DNA of 63,008 bases, counting the filler, from Olpidium bornovanus S191 (taxonomy: Eukaryota > Fungi > Olpidiomycota), in the NCBI GenBank assembly GCA_017911155.1. It is 28 parts of 28 records of this genome, joined end to end, with 100 filler letters (N's around TTAATTAATTAA, not from the genome) between each part and the next. Parts side by side here need not be neighbours in the genome. Positions count along the whole stretch, not along the records: positions 33,907 to 35,453 come from JAEFCI010011782.1; positions 35,554 to 37,353 come from JAEFCI010003990.1; positions 37,454 to 38,847 come from JAEFCI010002466.1; positions 38,948 to 42,296 come from JAEFCI010008669.1; positions 42,397 to 43,606 come from JAEFCI010004218.1; positions 43,707 to 45,574 come from JAEFCI010009184.1; positions 45,675 to 47,021 come from JAEFCI010008933.1; 21 more parts are not named here. The stretch is one strand, 5' to 3'. Positions 34,761-47,121 of the stretch are shown one piece after another. How positions within the stretch are numbered: the stretch's first letter is position 1; each line of letters starts with the position of its first letter. The notes under the pieces are model-generated. The model saw only the letters and a list, made by a program, of their open reading frames with translations, made no database searches and was not told the DNA's origin. The position numbers and the translations under genes are program-made.

Positions 34761-37700
34761 CGGCTTCGCCACGCAACTATTCTTGGTGGTTTTCGAAGCG
34801 GGAAGGAAGGAGGAAAACGCGCAGAACATCCGGCGTCTGGTCTGAGCCCTCCGAAGAAGTTTTGGATGCGGGATGGGCTCTTGCCGGCGGCCAGTCGGTG
34901 CCAAGGTTGACAAAGGGCATCGCACGCGCTTCAGTGCCTATTGCCAAAGGCCAGCCTTGCAGACTCGGGGTGTGCTTACACCGTGAAGTTGCGCTGCAGG
35001 TGTAGCGAGGAGTGCGCGATTGTGTGCCCCCGCTCTGGCGACGCGGTTGAACTTTGTTCTCTCTCTGAGTTTTACGCGTTCCGGCGTGCAAGCCGGGTCT
35101 ATTCTCTCCAACACGCGTGAGAGTAGTAGTAGTAGTAGGACAACATCAAGGGGTTCCAACCAGAAGGTGAAGGGAAAGGGGGGACTAAGAAATTCACGCA
35201 ATATTGAAAGCGGCATTTGCGGGCCGGAATACCAGCAAGCGGTTTCGACGAATTATGCCAAGCCCTTCCCAATTGTTCCTCTCGAAACTGTGTGTCGCAC
35301 GTGCGTTCGAGTTTCCCGGGCAGAGTCCACAGCCAATGGTGACGCCCGGGGAAGTCACCGTCTAACGACCCCAAACCCGCGTCTCTATCCAGGAATATTC
35401 TGGGGTTTTCTCCCCGCGTGGAAGGCGGGGGCCCAGCAGGCTTGAACCCATGGNNNNNNNNNNNNNNNNNNNNNNNNNNNNNNNNNNNNNNNNNNNNTTA
35501 ATTAATTAANNNNNNNNNNNNNNNNNNNNNNNNNNNNNNNNNNNNNNNNNNNNCCATGGCAACTACGCCTGACAGAAATCTTGTCAGTATCCCGTCCTGT
35601 GCCGCGCCGTGTTAGCGACGCACTCGATTTAGCGCCTGCGGCAGCGCACCAGATTATCCTGGCGATCCACTCAAAAAAACAGAATTACCCGCTCCCGCCT
35701 TTGCGTCCAGTCACGTCCCCGGCAACTGCCACATCGATTACCAGATGTTTCTCGACGGGCTTCGCAGGTACGCCAGATGCGAGATGAGGTTCGGCCGATG
35801 AAGCGTTGCTGTAATCCGATGTCAGGTCGGAGAGAACAAGCCGCCGGATGGAGGAAGCTGCACGCAAAAAGCCCGGTTTTTTCAGCCGCCAGAACCCCAC
35901 GGGAATACAGAGTTTTTCAAGCGACCGTAGTTCGCTTCCCCGCGAAAACTGCCGGAAAACTTCTGCGGGAGCGTCCACATTGCGTCAACCGTGTTTCGCC
36001 GATGAGGGGCGGAGGGGGGGAGGAAAAAGGGGCTGGAGGTCTTCACGCAGGATTTATCCGTAGGGGTAAGCTTGTTTCAAAGAGCATCGGGAAGATTTGC
36101 CGTGCTGTACCTGTACGGCATCGGGTTCACCGTAAGGAGGTTGTATGCCGGGGTTCCCTGTAGCTGGGCAAGTGAGTCGCGGTTGGCTGATGCGATCCAC
36201 GTGAGAGAAAGACGGGGGCGCTCCAACAGTTTGCCTCCGAAGGGGGGGGGGGGGGCAAATGTGTGCGCGCGCAAGAAGCTCGACCGCCCTCCGGTTTTTT
36301 TTGGCGTTTCGCGGCGGTCGCCGGCGGCTGCACGCCTCGCCGGGGCGCAGGCGGGCTGCGCGGACCCTTGGTCTTCCCCGTCGGTCGCGGGCGCGCGGGC
36401 GGCGGATCGCGTTGCCAGGAGCGCGGCGGTGAGCGGCGGCGGCGGCGATGCCGTGCACGGTCGCGGCCGCAATAGCGAGTTCCAACCGCCCCTCCTCCCC
36501 CCCCCTCCTCTTTCCCCTCTCCGTGCCCGTCCCGGCACAGCCCTTTCCGTTCCCGGTGTACAGCACCTTTTCGTTTTCCGCGGCCACCGACGTAGCCGTG
36601 TTGCAGGACAGTTCTGGGCTGCCGGGAGCGACCGTGTCTTCGGAGGCAGATGCGGGCTGTGGCCGGCCATGGCCTCCGGACGTCTGACATCGACACCCAA
36701 ACCAAATTAACGCGACAACTGTGCACGCGGGAAACGTTTTTCTTGGCCGTTTCACATGGAAGCTGCCACGTGAACTGCCAGCCGTGCGTGCCAGGCTTCA
36801 TGGCATGGCGACGTTTGTGGACCTGTCCCCCCCCCCCGCTCCTTGTCGACGCTTCTGGGCTGCCTTGCCTCATGTCTCCCGTTTGCTGACGCGAAGCCTG
36901 GTTTTTGCGCGCATATCAAGCCCAGCTGATCCGCTTCCGCGCGCATTGCCCAAATCATCCGATCAAGACGCGTTGGATGGAACAAACGCCTCAGAATTCC
37001 GCTCTGAGGCGTTTTGAAGACTTCCGCGTTGCCACGCGCGTTGGCCTGACTTTACCGACCAGCCTGGAGCGGAGAGAACAGAGCGTTCTCGTACGCAGCA
37101 GACGTTCATCTGCTTGGGTCTTTTTAAAAAAAAAAAAAGCGGCGACGATCAGAGATGATCTCAACCGCGTGCTGTTTGTCGACGTGGAGTGGTGCAGGTC
37201 GTGCGTTCGCTAGTAAATTGGCCAATAGAGCTGGCGCACCCAGGTCGGTTCTCGGCAAAGTTGGACGCTGCGATCACCGCCCCCCCCCCAGCCTCTGTAC
37301 TGCTGTGAGCAGTGATCACTGAGACTTGAGCGGCGCTCGCCGACCGTGCATGCNNNNNNNNNNNNNNNNNNNNNNNNNNNNNNNNNNNNNNNNNNNNTTA
37401 ATTAATTAANNNNNNNNNNNNNNNNNNNNNNNNNNNNNNNNNNNNNNNNNNNNCATGGATCTTCGAGAATGCGAACACGGAAGCAGAAACCGATCAGTCA
37501 GCCGGCTTTGCAATAATCAAAAGGGAAGGCGGTCGTACTTGTTCGTGCACAACGAACCTCATCCGCTGAATTCGATCCTCGAAGGCAGCTTGGACTGTTA
37601 CGTCCAGATAGGATTGCGCTGACTCTTTTGCACGATTCGCTCTTTCTAATTCCCGATACCACGCTTCAGCTCCCTGCCTGTCGGTACGAGAGAACACAAT

Positions 37701-37776
37701 CTCGGAACCAGCAACGTGTTAGTTTTGTGCCCCGATTGCGGGCATCTCGCTCCATAACCCCTTGATCTGCAACGTT

Positions 37777-38030
37777 GCGCAACGAGGACGGGAGAGCGCT
37801 GACGCCACCGCTGTAAACTCCCTCGGGCCAAAGCTGGAGAGAGGCTAGTCCTCGCCGTGACAGGACAACGCCCTGCACGTTTTTGCAAGCGCATCACAAA
37901 GTAGTCCGCCAGGTCGTCGCGCGCAACGAGGACGGGGGAGCGCTGACGCCACCGCCGTGAACTCCCTCGGGCCAAAGCCGGGGGGAGGCTAGTCCTCGCC
38001 GTGACAAGACAACGCCTTGCACGTTTTTGC
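37777..38030. repeat. Imperfect direct repeat, about 110-bp unit, 144-bp period
   Basis: GCGCAACGAGGACGGG.GAGCGCTGACGCCACCGC...GCACGTTTTTGC at 37777 and 37921. Confidence 0.92.
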
Positions 38031-38989
38031 GCGGAACCTGACTGATGAAGCGGTGCTTGATTGGACATTCGCTAACCTTCTTCAAATAATCTGGTTCAGC
38101 CTGGCGATGATTGCCTCCGTGACTCCGGAGTTGTTGCCTCTCCTCATTGACTTTTACCAAAAAACGCGAGTCCCACGCGCGAAAACTCGCGGCAAAAAAT
38201 ACTCCGCCTTCAACATGGCCGTTGACATATTCGAGAAAATTCTTTCGTCACCACAGCTGGATCTTCAATTTGAAGAAATCAGAAACTGCAGCCTTTGCCG
38301 TTACCACACGAGAGGTGGACCGTTAGCCAGGGAACAGCCAGCAGTACGCAAGTCGTGAACGATCTTTCCGTACGTACTTCCGCCATGGAAGGGATGTCAG
38401 CCTACAATATCAAGAAGGACAAGGACGAGTCAGTTGTTGGTTTGTCACGTTCGACTCTAATAGAGGCGGTTGATTCGTCGGGTCCAACTGAACTCAAGCA
38501 GAAGTGATGGCGTGTCGCGCGTTTGATTCAAAAAGAAATGAAAGTAGACTGGCTTCTACCTCCTGCGCGGTCTTCTCGTCGTGGGGGCCTTCGCTAGGGC
38601 CGACGTCTCCTTCGGGTGGGCTCCGGGAGTGCTGCGCGAGGATGGGGGATAGATACAATACGTGAGACAGGAAGAAAGACGCGCCCCACATGGGGCACGT
38701 TAACAGCAGTGTCGGAACTTCTTTTGCGTTTGCTCACCGCGTCCATGTTCGCCGCTGCTGTCATTTCCCTTTGTCTTGGGGAAGGAAGCGCCCTGTTTTA
38801 TCCGTTTGGTTTGGGATCTCTCTCTCGGCCGGGAGGCTCGGGGGGCGNNNNNNNNNNNNNNNNNNNNNNNNNNNNNNNNNNNNNNNNNNNNTTAATTAAT
38901 TAANNNNNNNNNNNNNNNNNNNNNNNNNNNNNNNNNNNNNNNNNNNNGCGCACTCGCGTGAAACTCTATCAACAAAAAAATGTAGCAAA

Positions 38990-39610
38990 ACGAGATATAC
39001 CTTTTCCAGTCGGTAAACCGATCGATGTCGTCACGAAGGATGGAAGACAGCATTGCGGACGACGCCTGACGCGCTTCCGTGTACGTCTCCAAATCCCGAC
39101 TGTACACATGACGAGCCAGTGCCATAGCAAAATCTGTTTGAATCGCAGAGCTGGTACACTTAGAGCATCGGCATCGTCTGGAAGAGATCTTTAACGCCGT
39201 ACCATCAAACGCTTGCCTGCCACTGACGCAGGTCTCTTTCGCCAAAGCGACGATGCCGTCCACAAAGGTATCTCGCATGTCGTCTGATTCCTTGTTGACA
39301 ACCTCCAAAACCTCTTCGAGGATCAGTGTCCCGCTTGGCAGCGCGCCCACCAGCGCGTGGAGACATTTAAGGAACGGCGCGCACCAGGCCCCTCGGTCGA
39401 CACATTCAGGGGACGGCAAAACTGCTTCTCCCACTACTATTTTTAGCAGGAGGTGCTGATCAATGCAGAAATATTCGTGGAAGGCTGCAAGGACGCCGGC
39501 GACATCCGCTGGGACAGGGGGACTGAGGTCGTCTGGCTCGGATGCTCTCCCACCTGTACTGGGCCGCGAAGAGTCAGCCAGTTTTCGAAGACAACCGGAC
39601 GTGAACATAA
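38990..39610 (-). CDS. Hypothetical alpha-helical protein, internal exons
   Basis: Long open frame (AFHEYFCIDQHLLLKIVVGE..) with an in-phase GT-AG intron giving ..RQAFD/DFAMALARHVYSRDLETY... Family not recognised. Confidence 0.55.
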
Positions 39611-41405
39611 AATGACGGTTTGTCGAACCTGACCCTGCAACGGATTCCGGACTTCTCGGACCCAGGCGAGAAACGAATACGCAAGTCTCGTGGTTACGCG
39701 GGCGGACACAGGGGTCTCTCGCTCTTCTTCGCCTTCTTGGACGAGTGATATCGCTCGGTCGATCCGACTCGAGGCGGGCCGGGCCACCGGCGGTTCCGCG
39801 GGACGGCTGACGAACTTTAGCATCACCTTGCCTTTTGCCGTGGAGATGGGAGCACACGCGGAGACGTCGCGTCGCGCCGTCGTTCTCGCAGGTTGGCCCC
39901 GCGGGTTTCGAGTAACCCCCCGGGCGAGGGTGAAAGACGCGCGGAGAAAATGGGGAAGCTCCTCAGCGACGGCGACAGTAATAATGCCGATACGGCAACC
40001 GGCGGGCACGGCCGGCCGCGCAGGGGCGGGAGAGGACTGGAGGGCACCGACCGGACGGGGCCGACCGGCTGCGGTGGCCGGCGGACGCGCGTGCCCCGAC
40101 ACAAACGAGCAGGTCGATCGAATTTGCGCACCAAAACCGGCAGGCCGGCCGTTTCTGACGGCGGACCAAAGCGCCACAAAGAACGGAACGCAACGCAACA
40201 CGAAGCGGACGGGCGCCCAGACGGTCCCCGGTAACCCGCCCTGAAACTGACCGCTGCGCACTACAAACGTAAATGTAATTTAGTATGGCTCTATTCAATG
40301 TTGATAACAGTAATTATGTGGACTGCGCGCCACTTCTACGGCTTTGCTCGCTTCCGCGCTTTCCGCCCACGTGCGCGAACATCCCCCACTTTCGGACTTA
40401 TGCGGCGTTCGGAACCTCCCAGCAGCAGACCGAAAAGCTGTGTGGGGTCATCAGGCAATTTACGGGCACAGGCGAAAGGCGACTGAGGTGTTTTTGAGGG
40501 CCGGTGTTATGCTCATAGGCCCATTGGTCAGCCTGGGAGGGGCAGTGAGAAGGGCGGTATCAGGCAGAACAAAGGTTCAGCCACGAGTAAAAGGGCAAGG
40601 GGTTTCCCCGCCAGGCCAGCCCAAGCCACTCGTCCCCAAGACTGGCCAATCACGGATCACGATATAACTTTTGCGGAACCATCACTGTTTGCCGCGAAGT
40701 AGCCTCTTGTAAAACTTGGAGAACTGACAGATGCGCAGACCGACTAAATGCCTGTAATTGACATATGGCTGTCCTTGATTTGATCCTGGGTGTTGCACGG
40801 GATACAGCAGCCTTCGTCGGTCTGGTTTCTCAATGGCGCGCAGCGGGCAGTTCGCCTTCTGCAGAGACTGCGAGGGTGTGCTGTGGGCGGCGGCCGCGTT
40901 CCCCCGATGTATCGGGGCGGGAGGGGGAGGAGAGCCGCACGATCCAACGCAAGGGAGCGCAGGCCGTGGGGTCCGCTGCAGTGGACGCAAGTCGCGGGGT
41001 GCGGGGCAGCCACGCAACCGTTTTGAGTTCGGCAGATTGCGCGGAACGGACGAAACAGCACCGCGCGCCAGGGACGAGCGCAGAGAACACGCGCGGAGGG
41101 GATGCCAGACGTGTTCGAGACAAGCTACGGAATTCGTTTTCCTCTTTTTTTTTCCTTTTTTCCCGTTGTCGCATCGGGGGCGCCCGAGAGAATTTCGATC
41201 CCGACAAGAGGGGGGGGGGGGTTGGGAAAAGAACGGAAAAAAAAAAAAAAAATCCCCGCCCCCCGTCTCCCCATGTTGTGAGACGGTTGAGAGCCAGGAA
41301 AGCGCCTAACCGGGGAACCCACAGCGCAGACCCCGACGCAGACAACGCCGTCACGTTTGCGGCTGGTCAAGTGTCGCGGACGAAGAAAACGCACGGTTGC
41401 ATACG

Positions 41406-42178
41406 ATGAAGCAGCCGGCCGAGCTGGTGGTCGAGGACAACTCGGCGCAGCACGTGGTGCGGACGAACGGGGACGCGCCCTGTTACCGCTTCAAGCTGCT
41501 GCGGTTGGCGGACTACAAGGTGAGAGAGAGGCGGCATACCCCCCCGGGAATGCGTTGGGAAAGGAGGGGCGGGGATTACGGGGGCGAAGGAGAAGGAGGG
41601 GTGGGGGGGGGAGAAGTTGTTTGTCGAGGACACTTAGGCCAGGCCATAGAACGTCACCCATCCCCGTTATCGTCTTCGGCGATCTCGGGGACTTCCGGTG
41701 TCCTCTCGCTTCGTAGTTAAGGCCTGCTTGTGCACGGGCAGCGCAGCCAGCGCTGAGGAGCGTTTGGCCGGCGCCGCTCTTGCTTACGATCCACACTGAC
41801 CGACTCTTCGCCTACACTCCGTCTCAGTCAAGCGTGTGGAAGAACGGTATGCTCTCGTCGCCCTGCTGATCGCCCCCAGAACCGGACGCTTGGAAACTGC
41901 CTCACTTGTCAACATTTTGCAGGCCTCGGAGAGACCCAAGAGATCGCGGTATATCCACCTGAAGGAGGCTTCTACTCCGAGACATATCTATGGCGACTCG
42001 CGTCCCTCCATTTCAACGCCTCGTGCTCCTTTTCGTTGTCGCCGAACCACGACTGCACCTTTTTGCTTCTGCGGGAAGGGGAGGGCGATGAAACGTCACA
42101 GGTGCACCTGATGCACAAAGGCGAGGAAGAGCGCAACGAGGTGAAATATCTTTTTCCTTATCATTACCGAGGCGACTG
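41406..42178 (+). CDS. hutD: HutD/Ves-family cupin, 3' partial
   Basis: Exons 41406-41519, 41828-41846 and 41923-42178 give FKLLRLADYK/SSVWKN/GLGETQEIAVYPPEGGFYSETYLWRLASLHFNASCSFSLSPNHDCTFLLL..FPYHYRGDW, matching HutD WKNGGG.T.EIA..P.....F.WR.S.A......FS.FPG.DR.L.LL. Confidence 0.8.
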
Positions 42179-42396
42179 GTAAGGTCCCCGCTGTCCGACG
42201 ATTTTGCTGGTTTGAGGCGGAATTGCCGCCACTGTCCTAGCATAGGGACCGAGGTTTTGCCGAGTGTTTGACGGCCGCTAGAGGTGGGAACATGAANNNN
42301 NNNNNNNNNNNNNNNNNNNNNNNNNNNNNNNNNNNNNNNNTTAATTAATTAANNNNNNNNNNNNNNNNNNNNNNNNNNNNNNNNNNNNNNNNNNNN

Positions 42397-43046
<650 letters not shown>

Positions 43047-44139
43047 CTACCCCCTACCGCCCCCCTCCCTTCCCTGTCCCCGTCCTTTTTCTTTTGCCAC
43101 TAACCTCCGCCTCGTCACCGCTGATTGCAGTCAGTTTTACGGGTGTTTCGACGGGATACCGAGATTTCTGCTGGGAAAAGAAATGCCTTGAAAACGTCAG
43201 GCTTAGGCATGACCAACCGCGTCACCTGACCGCCGACAGAATGGGCGAATCCAAGGAAATCTCGTGGGAGTCACCGTGGCCACCTCTCACCTCTCGAAGC
43301 CACGAATAATCGGGTTCCGAACCTCGCCCGGCCAAACGACAGGTCTCCAGATAACCGTACGCCGCCTGGACAACCGTGTGATGGGTTCGCTCGGCTTGCA
43401 AATCAGCGCGCCCCCGGCCTGCCGCAGGCCGTCGGGCAACCCTGCCCCCCCCCTCTCGGGGAAGGGTCTGTGCCGGACGAGGGTAGGTCACGTGCGCCCA
43501 CCTCCGTGTGCGGGTTGAGCTAGCGAATTTCCCTTCACCCGCCTCGATAGGAAGTCAAAAAACCGCCCCGGCCGGTCATCATATGAGAGCGGGCCGGAAA
43601 AACATGNNNNNNNNNNNNNNNNNNNNNNNNNNNNNNNNNNNNNNNNNNNNTTAATTAATTAANNNNNNNNNNNNNNNNNNNNNNNNNNNNNNNNNNNNNN
43701 NNNNNNCATGTTCCCGAACCTCTCCGTTTCTATTACGCTCTACGTCGATAACTAAGGAGCCGTGGAACTAGCAACTAATGCAAACGATGCGCCAATCGCT
43801 CCAAGGACATTGCTGCTCGCCACTTTTTTGTTCGTGAGAAAGTTCAATGCGACGCTTTCACCGTTCTTCCGGTTGACACATCTCGCAATACCGCTGGTAT
43901 TTTTGCCAAACCTCTCCTCACGATTTGTTGAATGCGTTGCGGAACTTTATCTTATTCCCCTATAATTTGATTCGCTTAATTTTTTTTCCAATGTTTTTCT
44001 TTTCCAATCTATACATTGAGGAGGAGTGTAGAGTTTCTCCTCTCGTTTTTTTTTCTTCTCCTCTCGTTCTCTCCCTTTCCCATTATAACGCGTAAATCCG
44101 GAATAAAATCGTCTTTCTCACAAAGGCAAGAATAAAAAC

Positions 44140-45574
44140 TCAACAATTCGCCTACGTCCGTCTTTTCTGGAGTCAAGGTTACCTCAGTAGCCGCCCACGG
44201 GGGTGAATTCCAACGTTGGCCACCTCGGCACTATTGAAATCCAACGTTGGCCACCTCGGCACTATTGGATCCTGCGTCTGGGTACCCATTTCCAGCCCTA
44301 GGAGGGAATCAAACTGGCCATACATCACCGTGAAGGGATCTACTCGTCTTCGATTTGCCTAGCATAATTCAGTACTTTGACCGTGCCAAAGGGGCGCTCC
44401 TCCGGGCGCGCTTCGCGAACTGCGTGTTTGATGAATCCAAGTTCCCCGAACTACCGGGGTCTTCACCAAAGAGGAGCCCTTCCTTGCGTTCTGATTTCCT
44501 GAAATTCAAAGCACTTGAGTCGCTCACTATGAACTCTGACTAGCGCACGGCGCTTACAGAGACTGAAGTACACAAATTCCTCCAACTCACTCGCTTAGAG
44601 AATGAGTTCCCGGATGGGTTCACCTCGTCCGAAAGGATCAACTGCGACTCCGACCTGATTTTCGCTGAGGCCAGGAACGCCCCTGCTATCAACCCTACCG
44701 ATCGTGCATGTTGCACCGCGGGAACACCTGCTGCGAAACCGCTATCGGAAAAATCATCTGTGTCTGCTGCGGAGCGTCAAGGTCTCGTTGCCCCGGCTGC
44801 GGCCAAGCGACACCGCGGCCCTGATCTGCACCCCCACAAGCGGCGGACACGGGCAGAAATCGCCGCGGACGCAGCTGCGGCGGCCTTGGAAAAAAAAAGA
44901 AAAAGGGGAAAAAAATAGAAAAGGGCGCCGGCGACCGTAAAAAGAAAAAGAAATTAAAAAAGCGCCCGCGACCGCAAAAAAAGAAAGGTACGCCGGCGGC
45001 CGTTGAAAAAAAGAGAAAAAAAAAAAGAGAAACAAAAAGAAAAAACCGAAGGAAAAGGCCTCGGCAAGGAAGGAAGGAAGGATGGATAGATAGGCGGCAG
45101 TGGCCGCGCCACCTCCTCTTCAGGATGAGCGCATTCTCCCTGTGACTCGGGAGGGACTTGACGAACGGATCCCTTTCTCAGCTGATAAGTCAAATGCCGA
45201 AATCTCCATTTTCTTCACTCGACCAGGAGAGATCTGGGACGCTCTTCAACCCTTTCTCACTGATACCTTTGCCTTATGGCCGCTGAGGCGACTTTCCTAG
45301 ACCCTAAACCGGCCTTCATCGCCAAGGCGATGCGCCGTGATGACTGGCTTAAGTGGAAGGACACCACCTACAACAAGCTCGCCTCCCGGAATTGCCGCGG
45401 CGTTTTGACGATATAGTCGACCTCTCGAACTCGCCGAATCCAATCGGTTACAAGTAAGTTCTTGTGTGCAAGAGGAGTGCCACCGGCAATGCTGCCCGTT
45501 ACAAGGCACAACCGGTCGAGGCTTTTCACACCGCTCTGCAGTCGACTACGAATTGACGTACACCCCAGTCATGG
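44140..45574 (+). mobile_element. Degenerate Ty1/Copia pol (integrase C-terminus to RT start)
   Basis: NVGHLGTIGSCVWVPI, IIQYFD..LLRARFANCVFDESKFPELPG, EVHKFLQL..ENEFPDGFT, DPKP..MRRDDWLKWK, IGYK*VLV, RYKA, GFS..VDYELTYTPVM; many stops and frameshifts. Confidence 0.9.
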
Positions 45575-47121
45575 NNNNNNNNNNNNNNNNNNNNNNNNNN
45601 NNNNNNNNNNNNNNNNNNTTAATTAATTAANNNNNNNNNNNNNNNNNNNNNNNNNNNNNNNNNNNNNNNNNNNNCATGCTCGCGAGAACGACCTAAAAGG
45701 AAATTAGAACAGTCACGACTGGCGTTTAAAACCTATGAACGCGATGGTTTGCCGTACCGATGAACCAGTTGAGAAGCGGAACTTGGAAGCCCTTTGCCTG
45801 CAGCGTCTTCACGTGCACGCCCAGCGTTCTCAGAAACTCTGCAGAAACAAAAAGTAATGGGGTTTATAGACGGGGGATTCAGCAATGCAGTCCGACCAAT
45901 CTGGCGTCTCGGCCGTCTCACTTACCGTACCTAGATCGTCAAGTGGGGGACTGTGCTGTGTACAAGGATCCAAATTTGCTGTGATCCAAACCCAAGACGG
46001 TAACTGCGACAGAGCTGTTGGCATCGCACCTGCAGAGGCATCGTTCCGCGCGTCCACGAACGCGGTCTCCGGCACAGCGACGTCGCCGAAGCTGGCGCTC
46101 TTCTGCGAGAAGCGTGTTCCGTCGGACTCCTTGGACGGTCGGTCCGATATTTCTGCGGAAAACGTCAGCGGTTCTCCGCCGGTTCCTGTCTGCTGCAGCG
46201 CGTCTGTTACACTCGAAGATCGGGCGAGCCCAACGCCAGCCGCGCTGTCCTCCGCCACACGCCGGACGGTCGAGCGGCCAGCCGAGCAGTCCTGTCGCCG
46301 CGGGAAAAACCAGTTTGGCGCGTCGGAAGGAGGGGCGGCGCGGCAGTGAGTCGTCGCACCACTCTGGCCATTGTGCACGCAAGGGGTCTGGGTGGGGGGG
46401 GGGGGGGGGGTGGGGGGGGGGGGGGGGGGGAAGAGCCGGGGGAAGGGGAGGAGGAGGAGGAGGCGGTTCGTACCGCGGATTCATCGGACGCGGCGTTGCG
46501 TTTCACCGGTGTCGGCGTGAGATTGCCGTAGCGAGCGGACGTTGAGTCGAGATGGCAACCGGTCAGGGCCAAGAAAGCTTGTCGGAGTTCCGCTTCGTCG
46601 TCATGTTCGCCTGCGCAGCCTGGCGTGAGCGACGCGGGCTGTAACGTGGCCAGTGCTTCTAGAGCGACCGCGGCGGACATGGCTTGTCGGTTTGAGCGGG
46701 CGTGGGCCGGGGGACCTCCGCCAGCGAAACTGGGCGACCAACCCCGTTGTGAAGCCAAGCTGCCCGACCAACCCAAGTCTTACCCAGATGGCGTCCTCAA
46801 CCAGATGAGCACCGCGGGCTATCTTCTGCCGCGCAAAAGGACCGGCGTTGCAAAGAGCAGACAGGGAGGCGACGCGCAATGCGAGGGAGACCCCAATCAC
46901 AGGAGCGGCCGCAAGGCCCCATGGCAAGAGTAGAGGGGACAGGGCAAAGGAAATGACGAAGAACGGCCCCGGACGCTTTTCGGGCGGCAGGAAACGACGG
47001 CAGCGATGTGCAATGCCGAGGNNNNNNNNNNNNNNNNNNNNNNNNNNNNNNNNNNNNNNNNNNNNTTAATTAATTAANNNNNNNNNNNNNNNNNNNNNNN
47101 NNNNNNNNNNNNNNNNNNNNN

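Noticed and set aside
37516-37690. Isolated coiled-coil-like exon (WYRELERANRAKESAQSYLDVTVQAAFEDRIQRMRFVVHEQ, minus strand)
   Set aside because: Probably coding, but too short to assign or bound reliably.
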